This document shows, one piece after another, positions 1 through 11,649 of a stretch of 64,000 nucleotides of DNA; position 1 is the first letter of the stretch; each line of letters opens with the position of its first letter. The DNA is from Azolla caroliniana (Eukaryota; Plantae; Polypodiophyta): contig JBHGNT010000004.1 of the NCBI GenBank assembly GCA_043228905.1, forward strand, positions 2,294,001 to 2,358,000, read 5' to 3'. Both the position numbers and the translations under genes were made by a program. The notes under the pieces were generated by a model. That model saw only the letters and a list, made by a program, of their open reading frames with translations. It was not told the origin of the DNA and did not search any database.

Positions 1-1026
1 TCCGACGGCTCGAAGCGCTCCGACACCCCGGGGCCTGGTGCGTACCACAAGAGCAATGGTGTCTACGGCCCTGCATTCTCATTAGCCGCCCGGATCCCCG
101 CGTGCCGCCGATCGGCTAGCCCCGGGCCCGGGGATTACCACCACGTCAACAAACCCGCGGGACCGGCATTCAGCCTCCTCAGCCGGCTTCAGACCGCTCG
201 CATCGAAAGCACGCCCGGCCCAGGGGCATACAATAACCCGGCCGCCTCGACATCCCGGCCTTCCTCGCCCGCATTCTCTATCACCAGCAAGGCCGTGGAC
301 CGGACCAAGGATCAAGCCCCCGGCCCCGGGAGCTACTCCCTCCCGACAACCCTAGAAGGGCCATCCTTCAGCCTCTTGGCGAAGGTCGGGCCACCACCGA
401 CCAAGGCAGGCGAAACACCGGGCCCCGGCCGCTACAATCTCCGCACTCGGCCCGACTCACCCGCATTCAGCTTCGGAACGAAGCTCATAGATCAAGCGAA
501 TGCGGCCGACCGGTCGAGGTCACCGGGGCCAGGGCAGTATTACACGAGAGGCACGGCCACCAGCTGCGGAAGCGGCCGGAGCAGCAGCTTGAGCTTTACA
601 TTCGGGATGAGGGTGCCAGGTGGCAAGCGCGCGATGGGACCGGGGCCCGGGAGCTACGAATACGTAAGCAAGCCAGGCGGGCCCTCCCATTCGCTACATT
701 GGCGGTTCGACAGCCGGAACGGTATGAACACGAGATGTGGTCCGGGACCGGGAGCCTATAATGTGGTCACGAAGCCAGACGGGCCCGCAATGTCTCTAGG
801 GGGCCGAACCGGAGTTTCACATTGGCACTCTCAAACCCCAGGGCCGGGTGCGTATGAGCCCAGTCGTCAATTCGTTACACACGCGGCACCCAAGTTTACC
901 CTAGGCCATCGTCTCCACGCATCCTTGGGTTGCGGTGGGGAACTAGAAACGAGGCCGGGTCCCGGCGCATATAGCCCTTTTATCCGCTCTGGTGCACCTG
1001 CGTTTTCGATGCTTTCTCGCTTTTGA
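1..1026 (+). CDS. SHIPPO-repeat (PGPGxY) protein, ODF3/CIMAP/STPG-like; 5'-partial, open from base 1
   Basis: Frame 1 is open from base 1 (SDGSKRSDTPGPGAYHKS...) to TGA at 1024-1026. It has ten [TSAGR]PGPGxY repeats, mostly followed by PAFS[LFIM]-like segments, which is the sperm-tail PG-rich repeat pattern. GC-rich relative to the rest of the window. Confidence 0.8.
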   Translation, partial: SDGSKRSDTPGPGAYHKSNGVYGPAFSLAARIPACRRSASPGPGDYHHVNKPAGPAFSLLSRLQTARIESTPGPGAYNNPAASTSRPSSPAFSITSKAVDRTKDQAPGPGSYSLPTTLEGPSFSLLAKVGPPPTKAGETPGPGRYNLRTRPDSPAFSFGTKLIDQANAADRSRSPGPGQYYTRGTATSCGSGRSSSLSFTFGMRVPGGKRAMGPGPGSYEYVSKPGGPSHSLHWRFDSRNGMNTRCGPGPGAYNVVTKPDGPAMSLGGRTGVSHWHSQTPGPGAYEPSRQFVTHAAPKFTLGHRLHASLGCGGELETRPGPGAYSPFIRSGAPAFSMLSRF

Positions 1027-2480
1027 GACCCTTCTCCTAGGCTATATTTTCAAGTAGTGATCTTCTATCCCCTCAAAAGCCCCATTTGTATACCTAATCT
1101 TTCAAGAACAAACTCTTTTAAATGAACACACAATAAGAGTACAAGGAAAACAAGATTCACATAGACATAACAAATTAATGACTTTAAAAGAAAGCCAGCT
1201 TATTTTGCTTTTTCATCCCTTAGTTAAGGTCTCGACTCTGCTTGTTTTCCTTCTGTTTACTCAAATCAGTTTTTTGTTCCTTCTCTCTCAACATCCTTGT
1301 CCGTCATTGTTACTTCCAGGAACATTTTCTGGTACATCTTTCGTCTCACACTTTGGATGTTCTTCTAGGTTCGTCGCACATTCTATATTCATCTCCCATA
1401 TAAGAGAAGGGGTATAGCTCTAACATGTTCTTTATAGAAATCTATATATGCTTGTATTCACTACCTTATACTATGGAACATGTCAATATCGATTTTACAT
1501 TGTATCAAGTTATAAACAATCTTATAGGGTCACTCACTAAATTTATGAAGAGTTTTTTTTTCATAATGGGGATGCTCTTTTTTGTTCGTGTAACTTCTAA
1601 AATTTGTGCATTTGTCTTTGTTCTTAAGCAATATCTTAACATAAAGCATGAAAACCCAACATAAGGATTTCATCACATAATGACATCAAATGTGGATTTT
1701 GGGATAAAGAATAAGCTCAAGTATCACTAGACTAGTTACAACACTTACATTCACATTACATCAACATTCATTATCTTACATATATTAAGTAAAAGCACAA
1801 ACCTTATGATAGCGATAATGCACATTACATCAATATGTGTAGAATTTTTTGACCTTTCCATAACTCTTCCAAAGTGAGAGTTAATGGGCCATTAATACAA
1901 TTCATAGACTAAGTAATGGTACATGCACAAATATCCACAGAACTTCCCATATCTATAATTCTAGAGTTTGGAGTAAAAACAATATCTAATTTACACATGA
2001 ACTCTCGTTGTCTCACATAATAGAACCAATAAGTCTTTTCCTCTCTTTCTTTTAGCCTCTTCCCTCTAGTCTTGTCACTTAGGTATCACTAGAATATGTG
2101 ACACCAAAGTGATGTTGTTGGAAGGCATGAGAAATGTAGAATAGAATAAGTACTTCACATCCCCTTGACCTAATTAGTGTTCCTGGACTACCGTTGTCAC
2201 GAGAATCTTGGAGAAGGGGAGTGAAAAATGTGAACCGAACCACGAAGGTTGTGGACCAACAAAGATGGGACTTGACATTGTTGCCTTTGTAGTGTTTATG
2301 GGGGCAAATGTGTAACTTGAGCACGTAAGCGTACGCAAGGGCAATTAGTGTCTTCATCTAGGTTGCTTGTGTTTTCGTAAATGCAAATGTATTTCTAGTG
2401 TCGTGATGTGGCATGCATGAGGGAGGAAAATACTTAAAAGCGAATTTTTACAATAGGTCTACATTTTGGATGAAGGGTCA

Positions 2481-3910
2481 ACCGAGATCCGAACTTGCCT
2501 AGCTCAGTCCACGTATCCTATGGAACCCATGTCTCAACGATGAATCTAATCAACTACTGGGATCACATAAGGGGTTGTCATGGGGATACATTGCATAAGG
2601 TCTAGGCAAAAGTATAGAATGTTGGTGACGGTTTATGTCAATGCCACTACAAGATCAAGCAAACATACTCCATGGAATCAGGGGCGGATGGACTATGAGA
2701 TCGGAAATCATTAACGCTCTACTGATTAGGGAATCTGCTACTTAAAGGACGACAATGGAGAAATGGATAGGCCACGAGGAGGAGGGTTCTCTGATCCCGA
2801 GGGGTAGGGGATCACCGAACAGACTTGAAGGCCCTGAATTGCGAGACACTAAGACACCAACACAAAATAATGCCATTCGAGTACGCGCGTACACTGGTCA
2901 TAAATGGATTGTAAATCCTGATCCGATCAAAGTACAACCCGATTGGCATATATGTACTCATGAAAACACATGGCTACGCAAGGTCAGTTGGGACCCTTTG
3001 CAATGGACATGGTGTGATCCCTACGCGGGGCAAGGAAGCAAACCCATCCCTTTCTTCCAATTCACAACTAGATTGGGTCGCCACATTCTAGCTGCTCAAG
3101 CCGCCCGAGAACCGGTTGCTGCGAAGGTCTGGCACACATTTCAAGTTCCCTCCGCAATAATCACCAAGTTTTGGCAAAAAATCTGGAAGCAACAACACAC
3201 GAGGCGAATTACCACTTTCCAATGGCTATTAATACATAAGTCCCTACCAGTGGGAGCATGGCAACGTGGGAACCTTAGCTCTCCTAATTGTGTAGAGTGC
3301 CCACATGCAGTAGAATCCATATGACACGCTTTGTGGGACTGCCCAACGTCCCATCGAATATGGCGGGGGGTTGGCTGCTTGTTGCAATTATGCCAGGTGC
3401 AAGGTTCAATCAAGTGGGGAAATATATGTTGGCTATCATGGCAGGCTGCAATTGGCCGATACGAGCATCAGGAGGAGGGGATGACTTTGGTGATAAAAGC
3501 ACAAGAGGTCCTTTTCTCCTCCAACGGCAATGTCCACTCTATTCCTCTTAATGACAAATCTCAAGAGGTGTTGGAATTGGTTAGCCCAATAACCCTTTGG
3601 ATTCTATGGAAACAACGATGTAAGCGAGTCTTCTCCAACCAAACCGCCCATCCAACAAGGTTACTGCAAGAGATATGGAGTGAAATTGTAGCCACTTTGA
3701 AGGGCCAATATGATGGCCTTAAAGGCGGCTCCGAGGGAGTTGACAGACAATGCATAGCCTTCATCCAACAATGGACGTCCTCTCCCTTTCTTGAGTCAGT
3801 GGGCTTCCACATAAGATGGAACTATCGCGTCCCTTTAGGGATTTGTACATAATCATCTCATTTGTAAAATTTTATAACTAATGGAAGGAGTGTTTTTTTT
3901 GGAAAAAAAA
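2481..3910 (+). mobile_element. 5'-truncated L1-type LINE (zf-RVT end of ORF2) with A-tail and 8-bp TSD
   Basis: ORFs 2755-3324 and 3331-3852 are one frame broken by TGA at 3322: FWQKIWK..ITTFQWLLIHKSLPVG..CVECPHAVESI*HALWDCP (zf-RVT pattern). A-tail at 3903-3910. AAGGGTCA occurs at 2473-2480 and 3911-3918. Confidence 0.8.
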
Positions 3911-5056
3911 AAGGGTCATAAGAAGAAAAAGTTTTGCACTTGTGCCCAAGGATGAGAGAACAAAGTTAGAGTCTTGCTCCTAAATGTGCATCTTTCTTGG
4001 CTACGGATCTGATTGCAACTTTGGCTATAGATTGTTGTACCCTAAGACCGAACAAATTGTCCAAAGTTCAAACATTGTGTTTAATGATCTACAATGCAAA
4101 AATTAGCAACTGAAAACCCAATCAAACTTAGTTGGGTAACCTTTGTTGGTTCAACTACTTCTCTTCATCAACTAGCTCAACACACTCGAATAGCTACTCG
4201 CCAAGCGAATTATCTTGCATTTTAGTTCATACCAACAACAATCAAAATTCTTGCAACGTCAAAGGACTTCGTTAACAATGATCTGATAAGTCGGGTCCTA
4301 CCACACTCATTTGAGAGACCAACTCATCTACCTCAAAAGTGCTCACAAGATATTTCTATAAAGATTTTGGTCTTCACATACAAAGAAGCTACAACAACAA
4401 CAACATATTGAAGTATCTATCAACTAGCTATGGAATCAAAGATGAACTCCATTCGAGAAAACAATACCTGGAACTTTGTTCCATTGCGAAAGAACCAATA
4501 TGTACTTCTGTTACTCTAACTGACAAACTAGTTATGGAGTCAAAGACGAAAGCCATTCCATGAAAACAACACTTGGGACATAGTTCCATTTCCAAAGAAT
4601 CGACATGCATTTGCTTGTAGGTGAGTCATTTGACTCAAGCAAACATCTAATTTGGCTAGTCCTACCTATATGAATACATTAGTTGCGAAGGGTTTCAAAC
4701 AAGAATACTACATCAATTTGGACAAGTTCATCATTTTTCAGCAATGATGAAAATGAAAACCCTTCAATTATGACATGGGCTAGAACATAGGACTTGTCGA
4801 TTTAAGAAGAGTTTATAAGGCTTGAAGTAGGTGCCTCAATAAATAGGGTTATCAAAAATTCTAATGATTTCATGCAATTTGTCAGATTTTCTTAACAATT
4901 ATGAGAACTAAAACGTATAGTTGAAAGAACATTCAATGGGTAAACCATTTATCTTATCCTCTACATGGATTATATGATGCTCGTAGGCCGCGATGTTGGT
5001 GAGCTTGTTGAATTTTGAGTTAGGTCCCATGCGACAAATTCTCTAGATGAAGATAC

Positions 5057-5611
5057 AGTTGGGAAAACATGTCCCTTCAGATGGGAAGAAGAGAACAAAC
5101 CGAATCGAAGGCACGTGGGTAATTCGGCTGAGGCCGAAATCGAAAATCAATTTAATTGCCGATTCGGGAGACTATATTTGTAAATAGTCTAAATGTGCCC
5201 CATGTGGGCTATACCTGTAAATAGCCAAAAAGTTGTATAAGTATAACTACAACTAGGGCAAACTTTATCAGTGTAGGGTTGAATCATTGTTGTATAGTTA
5301 CACAGAAGGCAGTTGCCTCTGTAACAGTAAGAGAGAGTGTGTGAGTGTGAGTTGTAACTCAGCCGCAGTCTATTAGATGAGAACGAGCTTGAGGTCAGTG
5401 CCTACAAGTCTCATTGTATTCCTCTCTCAACATAGTGATATGTTTCTCGGGGTTTGTGGACCCCCTATGGTTTTTCCCTTTCGGGTTTTCCACATTAAAC
5501 ATATGTGTCTTTGTATCTATTTCATTATCGTGTGTTTGTGCACATTTACCTCTGCCTTTGCACCTGAATACGTATACGGAAAAGCGGTTGTGACCGGTTC
5601 CAATCCTAACA
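5057..5611 (+). repeat. 5' LTR of the copia element
   Basis: AGTTGGGAAAACA...CCTAACA; colinear with 9712-10253. The first base differs from the canonical TG. Confidence 0.88.
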
Positions 5612-5613
5612 AG

Positions 5614-5625
5614 TGGTACCAGAGC
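5614..5625 (+). other. Primer-binding site (tRNA-iMet type)
   Basis: TGGTACCAGAGC 2 nt after the LTR end; one mismatch to the canonical TGGTATCAGAGC. Confidence 0.85.
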
Positions 5626-6776
5626 TATGGAAGACTCATTCGGTGGCATGTTCAAACTTACCGGCTCCAACTATTCGGTGTGGAAGTCGAAGATGCGGGT
5701 CACACTTGTGTGCAAAGACCTTGGGCTGCCGGTGCATTTCGGAGATAAATGGCCAAATAAGATTGATGTAGCGACTTGGGAAGTGTTGCATCTGAAGGCG
5801 GCCGCATATATAAGGTCTTTTATTGACATGAGCCTTTACAACAACTTCGGTGAAGAAACATAAGCGAATGTCCTAAGGAAGAAGATCTGCGTCATGTTCG
5901 AAATTAAAAATGTCGTTAACATAGTATCAGTCTTTCGGAAGATCGTGAGACTGAGGTATCAGGATGGTCCAGCATGGCAGAGCACATTAATTCCTTCCAA
6001 GCAGTGATGAACAAAACCACCTCTCTAGAAGTACCTCTTGTCAATGACGTATTAGCATTATTATTGTTGGGATCCCTTCCGGACAGCCGGGAAACGCTCG
6101 TTGTCACATTGGGCAACGCCGAACCAGAAGGGAAGCATCTATCCCTAGAGCAAGTGAAGTTGAGCCTATTAAACGAGGAAGCTTGTCGGAAGGACTGAGA
6201 TTTCATTGCCGGCCCAAAGGCCTTCGTCACAGAAAGTGACACGAATCGAGGAAGAGGCCGAAATTGAAGTCCCCAAAATCGAGATAAGTCGGGGACAAGG
6301 TCAAAGTCGGGGCACTTCCAAAAGAATTGTCGACACTTTCGAAAGGAGAAAGGAGGAGTTGATGGTGTAGAGCCGAAGAAAATCCCGGACAAAGAGAACA
6401 CCTCATCAATCATCGCAAGTGAAGAGGAGTTGTTGTTCATTAGTGAACAAAATGAAGTCAACCTAGTCGGCGAAGAATCGACATGGGTGGTCGATTCGGG
6501 TGTGTCGTTTCACCTAACCCCCGACCGAAAGTGATTCTCTCATCATACAAGGACGGAGACCACGGTCTTGTAAAGATGGGCAATGAAGGAGCATGCCGAA
6601 TTGTCGACATAGGAGATTTTTGTATGATGACATCGACCGAGTGCAAACTAGTGTTGAGAGATGTTCGACACATTCCAGAAGTCAAATTGAATCTGATATG
6701 AGTTGGTTGGCTTGATGACGAAGGCTACACGGGTAGCATCCAGAATGGCGTCATGAAGTTCTGCAAGGGGATTCTG

Positions 6777-8083
6777 TGAAGGGATTAGCTCCCTTCACAA
6801 TAGTGAGAAAGACCGACTGTGGAATATACAATATTGCAAAAAGACAGAAACACGGCAAATACACGAATACACAGTTTTACGTTGTCATGAAGATTTCGGG
6901 CTACGGTGTGAAACCGGGGTGGAATGGGCAAGTCGGTGGTGTGCAACATGTGCACATGTATACTAGGAAATGGTGTATAGAAATAAGAGGGAAAATTTTA
7001 TCCCACATTGTAAGACCCCTCCCTCCTTGGGCTATAAAAGGAAGGGAGGGGTCACTTATGAAGGGGTTGCCTATTTTGCGTATGAAAGGTATACCACTTA
7101 GTCCAGAGTTCTTACCGTTTTAGGGTTAGGTTTTCGTTTAGGGTTTCGTTATTCATCCTCGGTTAGGGTTTCCTCATAGTCGTTTGGTGCGGCCCATGCG
7201 GCCACCATTGTTGTAATCATTCGTTTGTTTTAATATAACTTGTTGAGCATCTTGCCTCGGCCGATCTCTCCTTCTATGTCATGGTCTTATTCTTTCCTCT
7301 TCTCCTCTTGAGCTAAGCTTCCAAATCATATCTTATTCTTTCTCCTCTACTCCCTAGTCCGAGACCCCCGTGGTCCCGCCCCTTCTACATGCACGCGCGT
7401 AACAACGCGACAACGTGGAAACCCTAAACTGGGAAAACCACAGGAACAAAGATTCCACTATACATAAGAGAGTGCAAAAAACGGTTACAATCTTCTCTTA
7501 TACACAGAGGATAACCCGCTTAGGGTTCTTAGCAAGTTAGCTAAACTTTGTTGCCGCTCTCTCACGCTCACATACTCTCTCTTCTCTGTCACGCTACCCT
7601 ACAAAGGCTCACACACTATATTATTCAACGCACATACCATCTTTGCCCTAAGTGTATTTATACTTATACACTATATGGGCTATTTACAAATGTGGCCACT
7701 GCTACTATCATTACTATAATAACAATAATAGTTATTTAGCCAATTGATTGACTAGTACAACGCACATACCATGTTTGCCCTAAGTGTATTTACTTATACA
7801 TTATATGGGCTATTTACAAATGTAGCCACTACTACTGTCATTACTATAATAACAACAATAGTTATTTAGCCGACTGATCGACTAGTTGAACCGACTAGTC
7901 TACTCTAGTGTTGACTGTCCAGTCGGCCCGACTAATCGGCCTTATCTTCAACCATCCGGTCAGCCTGACCAGTTGGTCGTGTCTTTGACTTGGATTCTCC
8001 TACTAACGACTCTCCTTGTCTTCGACTGTCGGCACTCAGCCCGACCAGTCCGTTGCTCCCATAGGAGAGACATATTCCTAACA
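6777..8083 (-). mobile_element. Solo LTR (copia-like, antisense) inserted in the copia pol
   Basis: TG...CA ends. TSD TTCTG (6772-6776) / ATCTG (8084-8088). Removing it restores the host frame KGNLIVARARK. The minus strand has TGGTTTTCCC..GGGTTTCCACGT, like the host LTR. Internal ~130-bp tandem duplication at 7626-7886. Confidence 0.75.
6883..7412 (+). mobile_element. 530-bp solo LTR nested inside the previous solo LTR
   Basis: TGTC...GACA inverted ends. ACGT duplicated at 6879-6882 and 7413-7416. TATAAAA at 7033. Confidence 0.75.
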
Positions 8084-8430
8084 ATCTGATCGTGGCTCGA
8101 GCCCGGAAAACCAACACACTATATATAATGAATGCTTCATTATGCCGAGGGGAAGTGAACGTGGCAATCGATACAATGGGTCACGAGTTGTGGCACAAGA
8201 GGCTATACCACATGAGCTAGAAGGGAATGCATATGCTAGTCGAAAAAGAACTCCAACCGGAGGTGAAGAAAGTGCATCTGGATAAGTGTGCCAATTGCCT
8301 GGCTGGCAAGCAAAACAGAACCTCCTTTCAATCGAGGCCCCCGATGAGGAAGAAAAGTTGCTGGAACTCGTGCATACTAACGTATGCTACGTGGACACAA
8401 AGTGTCATGGTGGTTCACAGTATTTCGTGA

Positions 8431-8903
8431 ACTCGGCAGGCTTCCGGTTTTCTGCTCTGTCTATCCCCGTGAGATTCTACGAGGCGTCTGTTCGCGCTGG
8501 AAACCCGTGTGCTCCCGACCAGAGGCTCACCATGGCTCATCATTCTGTGTGTGTGTGTGGGTGTGTGTGTTTCGAGAGCGCGTAGCTCTATTACCGATCG
8601 AGTCTGGTTGTATTCCTCCCTTGTTTAATCCATTTCGTTTCATTGTATCCGATTATTCTCTTTGTGTTGAGTCTGCATCTCCATTTTGTCTCCATCGGCC
8701 ACTTGCATTTACCCGAGTCTTGAGCCCGTGAGCTCATCGTCCGACATTCGGTGGTTAGTACAATTAACCAAGTCTATGGGTCGATAAAGATATCTGGAAA
8801 TGATCCGGTCAGCCTTTCTTTCCTCACCGGATCCTTGGTCTCAGACCCCGGTGATCCCGCCCCATTCCAACACATAACCACGGAAAACCGCGACGACCTT
8901 ACA
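8431..8903 (+). mobile_element. Foreign LTR-like 3' fragment replacing the deleted integrase-RT core
   Basis: The host frame stops at ...SQYFV (start of integrase core) and resumes at KVLHRFGMES (late RT). The intervening non-coding segment ends ...CGACGACCTTACA. Confidence 0.5.
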
Positions 8904-9711
8904 AAGGTGCTCCATAGATTCGGCATGGAAAGCGCGAAACCAATCAACTCGACACTGCTGACGAACTGCAAGTTAACCAAAATATCAATGTCCAGAATCA
9001 AAAACCAAGAAGGCTGAGATGTCAAAAGTCCCTTATGCCTCGACAGTCGGAAGCCTGATGTATGCAATGTTTTGCACCAGGCCAGACATCGTGTATGCAG
9101 TCAGAGTGGTTAGCTGATACATGAGCAATCCTGAAAGAGAGCATTGGTTGTTGTGAAGTGGATACTTCGGTACTTGAGAGGGACCTCGAGCATGTGCCTC
9201 CGATTCGGCTCAGGTTACCCCACATTGGAAGGTTATATTGATTCGGACATGTCGGCTTATGTGGATACCAACCGATCCACGTCAGGATACGTGATGACTT
9301 ATGGGGGAGCCATTTCGCAGAAGTCAAGGCTGCCGAAGGCCATGGCGTTGTCGACCACAAAAGCCGAGTACATGGCCGCAGCAGAAGCCAGCAAGGAAGT
9401 AATTTGGATGAGGGAGTTCATCGGAGAGTTGGGAATTTGGTAAGAGGAATTTCAACTCCATTGTGATAACCAGAGACTGTGTCATCCACTTGCGAAAAAT
9501 GTCACCTACCACTCGAGGACCAAACATATCCAAAGAAGATACCATTGGCTCTGAGAGCGAGTAGAAGAGAAGGAGTTTGCTCTAGTGAAGGTGCATACAA
9601 CGGAGAACGGGTTGGACATTCTAACGAAGGTGTTGTCGACCGAAAAGTTGAACGAGTGCCAACAGAGGGACAAATTGGTGAAGTACCCCATGCCGGAGTG
9701 AAGGGGGAGTT

Positions 9712-9935
9712 TGTTGGGAAAACAGGTTTCTCCCGATAAGCCAAGGCCGAAATCAAAAATCAATTTAATAGCCGATTCAGGAGACTATATTTGTAAATAG
9801 TCTAAATGTGCCCCATGTAGGCTATACTTGTAAATAGCCAGAAAGTTGTATAAGTATAAATACAACTAGGGCAAACTTTATCAGTGTAGGGTTGAATCAT
9901 TGTTGTATAGTTACACAGAAGGTAGTGGCCACTCT

Positions 9936-9986
<51 letters not shown>

Positions 9987-10253
9987 TGTGTGAGTTGTAA
10001 CTCAACCGTCATCTATTAGATGAGAATGAGCTCGAGGTCGGTACCTGCAAGTCTCATTGTATTCTTCTCTCTACATAGTGATCTGTTTCTCGGGGCTTGT
10101 GGACCCCTATGGTTTTTCCCTTTCAGGTTTTCCACGTTAAACATCTATGTCTCTGTATCTATTTCGTTTTCGTGTGTCTGTGCACAATTATCTTTGTCTT
10201 TGCACTTGAATACATATACGGGAAACCGGTTGTGGCCGGTTCCGATCCTAACA
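9712..10253 (+). repeat. 3' LTR of the copia element
   Basis: TGTTGGGAAAACA...CCTAACA, preceded by polypurine tract AAGGGGGAG (9701-9709). Contains an expanded (TG)n(AG)n tract that the 5' LTR lacks. Confidence 0.9.
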
Positions 10254-11649
10254 GACACATGGATAGAACAACCTTACAAATGTATCTATCTTAGAACAAC
10301 TACATCAAATGAATTTTGGAGAGATTTAACATAAATTCAACCAAATTTGCAATGACACTGTTACCAGGCAACCTTAGGCATTTTGGGAAAGAGTTTTGTA
10401 CATTTGGTCTGATTGGGGATCATATCAAGTCAATACTATATGTACCAACTGACATTGACTCCTTGATGTACGTGATCGACTTAACCCATGTTGTTGGTAT
10501 AGTAAGAAAATTTATGCACAAACCTAGTTGACCACATTGGAATGTAATGAAGCATATATTCATGTATATTTCATTAGCACACAAGACTTAAGCATAAGAT
10601 GTGGCCCAACAAACCCTCAACGTGACACAACCAGCTTATAAAAAATGCTTGGATAGTTAAAAATCAACCTCGAGTTATTTCTTCTTATTCATAGGTGGAG
10701 CAATCTCATTGAGATAAAAACTTCAGGAATGCATGACGAACTCAACGATTGAAATAGAATATTTAGCTACACCTGATGCTACCAAGGAAGCATTACAACT
10801 CAGTCTACGAGTTGGCACTTCTCAATAGATCATTCTAAACTTGGATCTAACCTTACATAGTGATAGCTAGTGTGCTCCCTTTCAGGTGAAGAATGTAGTC
10901 CATCATTCAACATCAAAACATATAGAGGTTTGATATCACTTTATTTGAGAATGCCAAGAAGAGACTTATCAACAACAAGATTTTGACACTCGACAACGTC
11001 TTTGATGCCATGACCAATTTAAAGTCTTTTGACAAATTGATTATGATCTTTGCGCACTCAAATGGGCTTGAAACTATTTTTAACACTAACATTAAGTTGA
11101 GTCAGTTACCTAGTGTATGCTCATTACAAGGGAGTTTTAAATTATAGAGTGCTTGTGCACTGTGTGGTAATGGCCAGATACATCTCTTTGCATCATATGC
11201 TCTGGTATAGCTAGCAATTTATATAAATATAAAAAAGAGTTAAGTTAATCCTAAGGTGTATATAAAGATACAACTTGTAATGCTTTGTTGGTTGCATAAT
11301 AGAGAATAATTTTATGTCTCAAAGCAATGTCTTATTGTCTCTCATTTTGTCTCTTTTAATGCCAGCTTCCATTTTGCTTCCAATTTGTCATATACAAGTC
11401 TTTAACATTGCGCCTCATCTTCAACCAACCATTTGCTACCCATTACTTCTAACAAACTCAATGAACTAGAAATATCTTTGCATTAATGAAGTGGATATTT
11501 TTTATATCCCACTCATTCTCTCAGCATTACTAGATTGATCCCAAATCCTTAACATGAAACCCAAGTCCCCCCTCTTGTGTCTAAAGTTTATTTATATTGT
11601 ATTTACCATTAATTATTGTATTCATTCACCAAAATAATAACAACAACAA

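Larger units (their letters stand above)
5057..10253 (+). mobile_element. Ty1/copia LTR retrotransposon with both LTRs; pseudogenised, internally deleted, carrying nested LTRs
   Basis: Paired LTRs, PBS and PPT present. gag starts at 5627 (KLTGSNYSVWKSKM). Protease WVVDSG at ~6484, GAG-pre-integrase LWHKRL at ~8188, RT/RNase H end (VPYASTVGSLMYAM, ALSTTKAEYMA, TKHIQRRYHW) at 9028-9550. TSD GATAC (5052-5056) / GACAC (10254-10258). Confidence 0.9.
2120..11090 (+). mobile_element. Old degenerate Ty1/copia retrotransposon, host of the nested insertions; ends approximate
   Basis: Decayed pol motifs in copia order: FALVPKDERTKLE..CIFLGYG (~3930-4010), MNSIRENNTW (~4442), VAKGFKQ (~4682), LKKSLYGLKQ-like (~4800), LYMDYM (YVDD-like, ~4960). 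The RT resumes after the younger element (DRTTLQMYLS*NNYIK*ILERFN at ~10260), followed by RNase H motifs STIEIEY and SKHIEV*YHFI (~10740-10950). Confidence 0.7.

Noticed and set aside
7060-7300. Telomerase RNA gene (USE + TATA, G-rich start AAGGGG, telomere motifs)
   Set aside because: The motifs are in the G-rich sense (TTAGGG) rather than the C-rich template sense, a T4 run lies ~15 nt after the predicted start, and the segment is inside a TSD-flanked LTR.
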